NCBI GenBank assembly: GCA_964035545.1
Contig: OZ037772.1
Location: 7,858,889 to 7,922,888 of the forward strand
Direction of reading: 5' to 3'
Source of the DNA: Bugula neritina
Taxonomy: Eukaryota > Animalia > Bryozoa
DNA: 64,000 bases
The translations under genes were made by a program, and so were the position numbers. The notes under the pieces were generated by a model that had not been told where the DNA came from, searched no databases, and saw only the letters and a list, made by a program, of their open reading frames with translations. Below are positions 48,022 to 64,000 of the stretch, piece after piece; position 1 is the stretch's first letter; each line of letters starts with the position of its first letter.

Positions 48022-49993
48022 CATACTAAGTTTATTTTCATAACTTTTAGTTTTTTTTACTCATATAAAATGAACATCAAAAAAAATTCATGTTGCTTCT
48101 AATCATTGCCATAAGTTCAAGTAGCATTATAATAAATACAGTTTTGCTGTTTTTGCAAGACAGTTATACCTGAGTAAAAATTTAGATGAGAGAAAATTAT
48201 TTACAGAATGATAAGCAGATACAAACTTGGTATTCTGGCAGACTGGGAGCTTAAAGTGTAGACAGATTTTTCACTACTGGTGCTGCTTGTTTCAAGATTT
48301 ACTGTAGTAGCTTTGGCTGTGGTTGATACTAGCAGTGGTACAGGGGTGGTAGTAGTATCAGGAATACTTTTAGGAGTAATAGTTGTAGTTGTATGAGCAC
48401 TATTTTTAATAGTAGGAGCGATAGGAGTAGTTGTAGGAGCATTAGTTGTAGTTGTAGGTGTTGTTGAAGTAGTAGTAGTAGTAGTAGTAGTGGTCCTAAC
48501 AACTTCTAAAATAAAAATAATAAAACTTTATGTTTGCATAGCAACTTAAGTCAAGTAAATTTAAAAAAGATATAGCTGACAAACTTACCTGAGTATTTGA
48601 GCTCGTAAATTCCAAAATTTCCAATGATGTAGACTTCATTTGAAACTTTGGATCGGACAATCTGTCTAGGATATCTGATTTGACATGTGTGAATTGGACC
48701 GGCGCGATCTGTATGGGAAATGCCTGAGCCAGAAACGCAAATAGATGATACAGAAGAGCTGTTTAGGTCTACCAACCGCAAGATTTGGTTGTTGTTATCA
48801 GCTACCAGAAAGGTATTGTTGTCAAGGAAAAGTAGGTATCTTGGATTTCTCATTCTTGCAGTGTTTAGTGGTCCATCATTGTGTCCAATGCCTGAAAGAA
48901 CATCCTCAGCAACCCCCTTCCAATTTGAAGATGTTCTAATGATTTTATTATCAAAGCTGATGTAAATGTATTCACCAAACAGGTCAAAGCTCATTCCAAA
49001 TACGTTCCTCGCTAAATAAAACACTGTACGAATGTACCAAGTTGACCCTACTTTAATAAGGCATCTGAGGTTCCACTGTCGACTCTCAAAAAAGTATATA
49101 ACATCAGTTTCAGATGGTGAGACTGTCATTCCAAAAGGATAGGCCGTTCCAGCTAAAAGAAATGGACCATCTTTTACATCTGATTGCCGACATTTTCCAG
49201 CAAGCTGGGATGTAACGTTGTATCTCCGATCAATTGTCCTGAAACAACTATTCCCCTGATCTGAAACCCATATGTGATTGTTACTTGCCGGGCTTGTTGC
49301 TATTCCATTTATATACCTAAAACGTGCACTTGAACCATCTAAATACCCCTCGTGAAGTTTTTCTCCACATATCCAACTCATTACTCTAAGATCACGGGTG
49401 GTGAAGATTGCATAGCCAATCACTAGCAAGTAGCTTCCTCGAACGTAATTGTCTTCCACGATGTAACGGAAGTCATTACTTCCACTTCTTCGAAGCAAAA
49501 TTCTCATCTCCTCGAACTGTATGCTAAAACAGATTATTGTGCAGGTTGAAACATTGTTAGAGATGTTTGCTAAAACTTTTGAACTTCTGTTGCAGACCGC
49601 AACAGTTTAATTTAATCACATATATACTAACTATGATCAGTGTATACAAGCATGCAGGTTTTCTTAAGTTGAGTTTTACCTGTCAGTTCGATTTTTGTAC
49701 TCAACAGCTCCATAGGAAGAATGCCAATACAGTTCTACCTAAAACATTTTTAGTAATTACATCTTCGGTTTACTATTGATGAATAAAATATTTATGTTAA
49801 TTTATTTTTGAAAGCTTTATCAAAAGAAAAACTATTTTATGTAATAAGAGATAAGGTGGTGATGTGGTCATGTGATTGTCCTTGTGTGTGCATATGCGTA
49901 TGTTTGCATCTGTTTGTGTGTATGTGCGGAGTAATGTACCTTCATGTATCCTAATACCAAACTTACACAAATCAAGATCATTTTGAAGTCCAT
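46632..49993 (-). CDS. R8: NHL-like propeller receptor with a separate mucin exon; nonsense codon just before a canonical ITIM
   Basis: Exons 49967-49993 (MDFKMILIC), 49680-49738, 48589-49523 (935 bp), 48227-48505 (Thr/Pro mucin), 47556-47741 ([24 protein letters not shown]), 47230-47304, 46956-47021, 46583-46669 ([21 protein letters not shown]...). Confidence 0.78.
47880..47926 (+). ncRNA. Degenerate type I hammerhead ribozyme motif (PLE/retrozyme remnant) in an R8 intron
   Basis: TCTGTG-CTGATGA-GGGG-ACAAA-CCCC-AAAA-CAGCTGCTG-TC-CACAGA: stems I-III pair, but the core GAAA reads AAAA. Adjoins a (TA)n tract. Confidence 0.65.
47932..48019. repeat. (TA)n microsatellite, R8 stalk-TM intron
   Basis: Seen directly. 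Confidence 0.96.
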
Positions 49994-50241
49994 AACTCAA
50001 TTAATTACAACTTTAACTTTAACTCCACATTTCATTAGAAATAAAAGTTGACTCATAAAACATTCCATTTGAAATTTGAACATAAAGATATATAGCTTGA
50101 TCAAAAATTTGAAAAATGAATTTTTGAGTCAAATTATATTTTCTATTTTTATTGGTTTCTCTTATTTATTTTTACACTTAAATAAAAGGTTTAAGTTATT
50201 TCGATATTCTTTTAGACAGAAAACTCTTCAAAGTACTCAAA
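49994..50241. promoter_or_regulatory. Candidate bidirectional promoter between R8 and R9
   Basis: Only 248 bp separate the divergent ATGs; contains TGACTCA (50049-50055) and TGAGTCA (50125-50131). Confidence 0.5.
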
Positions 50242-52860
<2,619 letters not shown>

Positions 52861-53164
52861 CACTATAAGCAGGTCTTTTCAAGTGATTTTCGTTTTTAGA
52901 TCTTTGTTTTTGAAATAATTATAGAGAAATAATTATGATGATACTTAGTGTAATGTTACCCATTTCACAATTCCTATTTATAAGCATTACATACAAAATA
53001 CTTCAACAATTTTTTGATAAAGCTGAATATGAATTTACAAATGTTTTAATATTATACTAATTGCTCATTTGTTAGCAAAACATTCAAATATTATGTTTTC
53101 AAAAAATAAAGGTAATATAAATATATCTCACTAATCTTTAGTTACTCCAATCAAACATTCGGAA

Positions 53165-54083
53165 GCAACTTCTCTCCTGATCTGAAACCCATATGTGATT
53201 GTTACTTGCGGGCTTGTTACTATTCCATTTATATACCTAAAACGTGCACTTGAACCAGCTAAATACCCCTCATAAAGTTTTTCTCCACATTATATACAAC
53301 TTATTACATCAAGATCATGAGTGATGAAGAATGCATAGCCAGTCACTAGCAAGTAGCTTCCTCGTACGTAGTTGTCTTCCACAATGTAAAGGAAGTCACT
53401 ACTTTCACTTCTTTGAAGCAAAGTTCTCATTTCTTCTAGCTGTATGCTGAAACAGATTATTGGGCTAGTTCGAACATTGTTAGAATCTATAATGTTTGCT
53501 AAGACGTTTGCGCTTCTGCTGCACAGCACATCAGGTTAATTTAACCACATATACTAATTATGATCAATTTTACCTGTCAGTTTGACTTTTGTACTCAACA
53601 GCTCAATAGCATGAATGCCAATACAGCCCTTTCTGCAAAAATTTTAGTAATTACATCTTTGGTTTACTATTGATGAATAAAAATTCAATTTTAGTTTATT
53701 GTTAGAAGCTACCTGAAAAGATAAACAAGTTGATGGAATAAAACATAAGGTGATGACGCATGAATAAGCTGTGTACAATCAAGCAGGCTCAGCGTCATGT
53801 GATTGGCCTTGTGTGTGCATATGTTTGTGTATGTGTACATGTGTTTGTCTGTGTGCACATGTGTTTGTGTATGTGTACATGTGTTTGTCTGTGTGCACAT
53901 GTGTTTGTGTATGTGTACATGTGTTTGTCTGTGTGCACATGTGTTTGTGTATGTGTACATGTGTTTGTCTGTGTGCACATGATAAAAATGTCTAACATCA
54001 AAATGACAGACTATGCAGAGTGATGTACCTCTCTTTATCCTAATAATAGACTTACAAAAAACCAAAATCATTTTGAAGTTCAT
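53165..54083 (-). pseudogene. R10 pseudogene: truncated, degenerate copy of the R8 5' end
   Basis: Exon 1 54056-54083 is 28 bp (frameshift versus 27 bp in R8). Exon 2 53574-53632 has TGA where R8 has GGA. The propeller exon from 53446 has an in-frame TAA and a 1-bp deletion and breaks off at about 53165. Confidence 0.88.
53821..53980. repeat. 40-bp minisatellite, 4 copies, in R10 pseudogene intron 1
   Basis: Unit GTGTTTGTGTATGTGTACATGTGTTTGTCTGTGTGCACAT. Confidence 0.93.
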
Positions 54084-54335
54084 AACCTAATTAATTGCCA
54101 CTTCAACTTAAGCCCCATATTCTATTGGAAATAAATGTTGACTAATAAAACATTTCATTTGCAGAATTAAAAAGATTTTTTTATCCATAGCTTCAATCAG
54201 AAATTTGAAGAATGAATTATCAACTCAATCAATATATTTTTTTTTTGGTTGCTCTTGGCTACTTTTACACTTCAATTGAAAAATTTAAATTATTTTGGTA
54301 TTCTTTTAGACAGAAAAGTCTTCAAAATACTCAAA

Positions 54336-58812
<4,477 letters not shown>

Positions 58813-59540
58813 CAATGTAAGCAGGTCTTTTCAAGTAGTTATGGTTTTAGAATGTTTGTTTTGAAAATAGTTTTAATAGAATAATAATGATGATACTTCA
58901 TGTATTGTTACCAATTTTTACAAATCCTATTTAGTATTACACAAAAAAATACGTTGACAATTTTTTGATGGAGTTGAATATAAATTTATAAGTGTCCTAA
59001 TATTATACTGTTTGCTCATTTTCTAGCAAAACATATTTTAGATGAAATGTTTTAAATGATAAAGATAATATAAATATTGTTTACTAATCTTGCAAGATTT
59101 TTGCCAGATTTTGCGTAAATGTTATTACACTAAAATATATATATATATGCAAACTGAAATAGTAGCATTATAATATTGTTATATATATTTTTTTATATTC
59201 AAATTGCTTTTTGATTCATGTAATTTCGAATAATTTTTTCATCAGATTTTTAGTTTTAAATTTTTTAATCATGTTTTTGAAGTCATCTCATGTATACACA
59301 TTTCTCAATTGAGCCAAGCATGCGTTTCCTTTGCTAAGCACACTTTGTGGAACTATTATCAACATTAATTTTAGTTGTGTAACAGCTTTAAGCTAATCTG
59401 GTCCTCAACCATCACCTTTGTTTCAATGCTCTCAGGTGATTTTTTTTCTTTTTAGAAACTTGAGTCATTATATTTAATATTAGTCATATGTTTTATTAAC
59501 ATTATAAAAGGTTTTTTAAAAATCATGGTTTCAATTTGGG

Positions 59541-62500
59541 CTACAGACGAGTGGATGTGTAGTTATAAGGGTAGAGTCGAGATGCTGGCTGCCCTATTGA
59601 GCCTTGATATGAAGTAGAACCTATCAAGTAGAACAATAAACTCAATCACAGATTTCACCAATTTCTTTCCACAGAAAAAATATTTTTTTATAACTTAATT
59701 TCAATTTTGCAGACTTTAACGGAAAGTCAGCTTAAAATTTAATTTTATGGTGGAATGATAAAGCGCTGAACCTCACACTTATGCATACAGAGTAAATTTT
59801 TCTTGATGGCAATTTGCTAAAATCAATTATTCTAATTTTAAAACAAAGGAATTATATTTGCTGTTAAACACACAATAATTTATCACTCATACAGCCTTTG
59901 ACAAAAAAGACTCGTTAAATTTGTATGTAAACCTAAGTTCTAAATAAAAAAGGTATTGGGTGAGTAATTTTGATGCACTCACCTCTGTCTATGTTTGACT
60001 TTGACTTCAAACTTTTCCTTGAACCTAGAATACAATAAAACTCTTTTAGAGCAGTTACAATTGGTTAGCAAGACTTTGGTATAATGTGACATTTTGACAA
60101 GCTATGGAATAGTTGGGAGGCTGACTAGCTGATATATTGACTTATTATGAAAATGGTACGCCGAAAACTTTGACTAATTAAAATATAGACTAGCTGTAAG
60201 GTTGGCTAGTTGGAAAACTAATTTTAGTTGACTGCTCTAAATTTTGACCAACCATGTGAAAAATTTAAATAGTTTAAATGTTGAAAAACTGACAGTGAAA
60301 CGTAGTATCATCAATACTATAGTCCGCTATTACAATATATCTAGATTAGTGCAAAGTTTTACGAGGACTAAAATTTTTAAAATAACCAACTGTGAAGTGT
60401 TTAGGTGATTAAACCAAATAGCCTAAATCACAAAAGCAGCAAATGAAAGCAGTACTAAAAATAGTTGCTGAATCATAGTTCATGTAAATATAAGTCTTGA
60501 CAGCACAAACTGTGCAGTCTACGCCTCACTTAGCAACCATCATCTCTATTCGTGAACACAAGGATTATACCAAATTTTGATCTTTTTGAGGCTTTATTTT
60601 TCTTCTTTTTCTTCCTACCGCTATCTGTAAAAAAAAGCTTCAACTAAAAAATGTGAAGCAGCAGTTCATGGCTGACATGCATAGAGCAAATTTGTTGGCG
60701 AGAACTAGGTATGCTACATAAATTTTTTAATATGATACATGTATATAATATACATAATAGCATGTATATTTAAAATAATTCATATTATGTAAACTATGTA
60801 ATATAATGCAGACTTTTGTGAATTGTGATGTTTGTATTGAAACTTGTAATACAAAGTATACTATATTACACCAGAGTGTTATATATGTCAAGTATATTTT
60901 GCGTATGACATAAAGCAAAAATTGTTTTAGCATTAGCTTCGAAAAATGTATCTAAATTTTTTCAATACTGAAAAGAAAATTATTTACTAAACTATGAACA
61001 CTATCTTTCATCTTATAAAACTGGTAGTAGCATAATACTGTGATATCTCATACAGAAAAGTTAGTACATTGTGATATGGTTGAATAAAAGTCACTGGTAA
61101 AATAAATTTGGTTTTAATTTTGACTAAATCTAATTCATTTTATTATAAATACAAAACATTTGATTTTAAAGTCAAAATAGTACACCTCTTTATATTACTC
61201 TTCTTATAGACAATATCTTGCTATATGAATTTAAAACTGTTGCTAATGATTTGTCATTTTCAGACTTTTAAAGCTTACTGTTTCACTGAGCATTTGCTTT
61301 GTTAAATCTAACCTCAATGTCAAAATGATATTGTAGTGAATTTTAGCGCATAGGCTAATAACTTGAAATTTGTCTTGCTAATTGTTCATTTTATAAAGTA
61401 AACTTTATGCAATTATTTAAGCTGATTTTGGCCAAGAATCAGAAGTGTGAGAATGGCGGGCCCGACTGAGTGTCGGATCAAATCTAACTAAATCAAATTC
61501 TATTTGCATGTTGAGGGCTCCAACATCTTCATGAGAACTCGGATTCTAGAACGTGATCAGCAAAAGATTTTTGAAGGGACTTTTTGCCAGTATATATAGA
61601 GGCGAGCTCACAGACTAGATCAATCTACCACTGGAGCTCGCTGGATTAAGACACACAGGACAACAAGCTGAGATATAGACTATTCTACTTATTACAGACA
61701 ACCTTTCCTGTTTCTTATATTACAGAGTTATGCTCCCCCACTTATTGCATTCTACCTACAAAACTACTACAAGACCACATTTTGCATTAACATACATACT
61801 TTTCTGCTGAGCCTTGCTGTGAGTGGTTGCTAAGGCAACAATAAGCAACACTGCCATTGAACCAAAACCAACAATGGCAACAGTCGTCTGGTTTTCTTTC
61901 AGCCAAGAACTGCTATTTGCAGCAAGTTGCTGAGCTTGCAGGCTTTCTGTGGTGTTGACTATCTGTCTGGTAATGAGAGGTTCTGTCACCCAAGACGCTA
62001 AAATTAACCAGACTCACATCTGAAAACATCGGCAAGATAAAGTTTTCTTGACAAGTGGCTGTTGAGAATTGATCTTTAATCAAAAATGTAATTTTATGTT
62101 TCAAGTTATAAATCATTTACTGAAGGGTTATCATATTTATGCTTATAAGCATTACACTTGGTCAATGTTTTCTAATTATTAAAGTGAACATCAGTTAAAG
62201 CTATGAAGGACAAAAAGCAAGTGTCAACCACTATTGCGTCACAAAACAATTATTTTTACAAGAACATGTGCAATTTTGTTTACCTCCCAACGTCAATTTA
62301 TAGATGGAAGTTTTTCCAGTAATAAAGAACCCAGAAGGAGACTTTGCCATGTGCATTGGTAACATCACCTTACACTTACTAATAGAATTTTCATAGTCAA
62401 TGCCAGTTACTTCTGGAGAAGTACAGACAGAAGATACTTTGTTTTGGTTCAAATCAACCAATCGTATTGCGCTGTTTCCATAATCCGCCACCAAGATTAT

Positions 62501-63985
62501 ATTATCTGTTATAAAAGTAATGTGCTTTGGGTTATCCACTTTAGAGATGTTGAGGAAGCCATCAGAGTATCCTGCACGATCAATGGAGAGAAGATATTTA
62601 AACTTACTCCACTCCCCAAGCCGAAGAATCAAGACGTTGGTCTTGGTAGCCAGATAAAGTATTTTTAATGACAAGTTTATGACAAAACTGTGCACAGTCT
62701 TTCTAAAAGAGGAGAGCGTAATGACATACCAAGTATAATCTCTAAAACAAAGACATTTGATTTTGCCAGCATTGTTATCGTATAAGTAGATCTCATTGGG
62801 TTGGTTTGAGCGCCTCACCAGCTCTATAGGTTTCCCCAGCTTGGCGACATCAAACTTGCCGCCATTATCACCGTTATTTTTGCACCTCCCAGTTACGTAG
62901 CTTGTTTTGTTGTTTTTGCGATCCAAGTCTCGTATGCAATGATTAGAATTGTCAGCAATCCATAAACGCCCATCTTCTCGGGGTGACGGAATAATTCCAG
63001 AAATAACACCGAATCTAGCTACAGAACCAGTTCCTTCCTTGTAACCATTAGATATCGAACTACCAGCTAACAGTTGGAAACTTTTAAATTCTTTGGTCGT
63101 ATATAAAGCAAATCCTGCAGCAAGTAGGTAATGACCTTCAACGTATGGGTCTTGTGTCATGTAGTTAAAATTGATATTGGCTTCAGCTTGTAAATCAGTT
63201 CTTGTGTATACTTGCTCTATACTCTCAAACTTTACACTGAAAATCGATTAGTCAAAACAAAATATTAATTTGAATTTTAAAAAAAAACTCGTCAAGCAAA
63301 TTTAACTACAATGCTTCAGTATAGTGTTCAAATATACCTGCAATATTGATACAGCATCACAGCATAAAACTCTATAAACAACAGAAGTTCTTAATGCATT
63401 AGAAATTAAACAATAAAAACTATTGCTTCAGTCAAATCAGCATTTAACAAACTAATGAGTATATGTACTATTGGATTGAAAAAAAGCTCATCCCTGCAAG
63501 AATTCTCTGATTTATAGCGCTTTTGTTAAATCCTGCTAAGACGTTGTGTTTACTAAGCCTTATGCTCTAACCCCTTATAGGCAATTTTTAGACTTACCAA
63601 CATTAATATTTACTGATATTATAAAATCTTCATGTGCCCCAACTCGTGGTAAGTTTTTATGACAAAAATTGTTCAGTTTTTCATTAATTCTCACAAGTAT
63701 TGATTTTGCCAATTAAATATTTTTTCATTGTGTCACACTTATTCTATTAAAGATGTTAATAATTAATTCATACCTTCCTATAGTGTTTGTGTAGCGGAAT
63801 TTTCCTTTTACTGGTAGTAGATTCTCTACTAACTGCAATCAACAAGAATTATTATATGAGAAAATCATAAAAGTTAGGAATCAATTGCCATTACTAGGAT
63901 AAAATGACACAAATTATTAAAGATAAAAAATTGTTATTATTCCAATGTTACTTACATATAATAAAAACACTAACTTTTTAATCAT
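59541..63985 (-). CDS. R12: most divergent NHL-like propeller receptor; basic tail ending in a PDZ-type motif
   Basis: Exons 63956-63985 (MIKKLVFLLY), 63774-63832 (59 bp, same length as in the paralogs), 62284-63236 (953 bp), 61800-61997 (TM VAIVGFGSMAVLLIVALA), 60571-60624, 59983-60024, 59541-59620 (GSTSYQGSIGQPASRLYPYNYTSTRL*). The tail exons are less certain than the 5' exons. Confidence 0.75.
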
Positions 63986-64000
63986 CACGCTTAGAATTTG

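Noticed and set aside
63338-63371. Candidate 34-bp exon 2 for R12
   Set aside because: Wrong entry phase; 63774-63832 has the family-typical 59-bp length and phases.

Overview
AT-rich (roughly 30% GC by eye), intron-rich eukaryotic genomic DNA, almost certainly from an invertebrate animal; the ORF track is misleading because the genes are spliced. The whole window is a tandem cluster of 12 paralogous genes (11 apparently coding, 1 pseudogene; here called R1-R12) that I reconstructed by hand from GT-AG boundaries and reading frame. They encode type I membrane receptors: a signal peptide split over two micro-exons (27-42 bp + 59/62 bp), one large exon (935-977 bp) for an NHL-like beta-propeller, a Thr/Ser-rich stalk, one TM helix, and a multi-exon cytoplasmic tail. 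Ectodomains have a conserved framework with highly variable loops. The tails differ. R2, R3 and R7 end in a bipartite YxxF/I-x14-YxxL motif and R4 keeps only the distal Tyr. In R5, R6 and R8 lesions remove the distal Tyr/ITIM motifs while the ectodomain stays intact. R9 and R11 have short tails, and R12 ends in a PDZ-type motif (-STRL). This looks like a non-Ig, beta-propeller-based family of diversified, possibly paired, immune or allorecognition receptors (function is inferred). Introns and spacers carry a Penelope-like retroelement with hammerhead motifs, a separate hammerhead, MITEs, tRNA-derived SINEs, long microsatellites and a perfect 74-bp palindrome. All gene models are manual predictions without transcript support.
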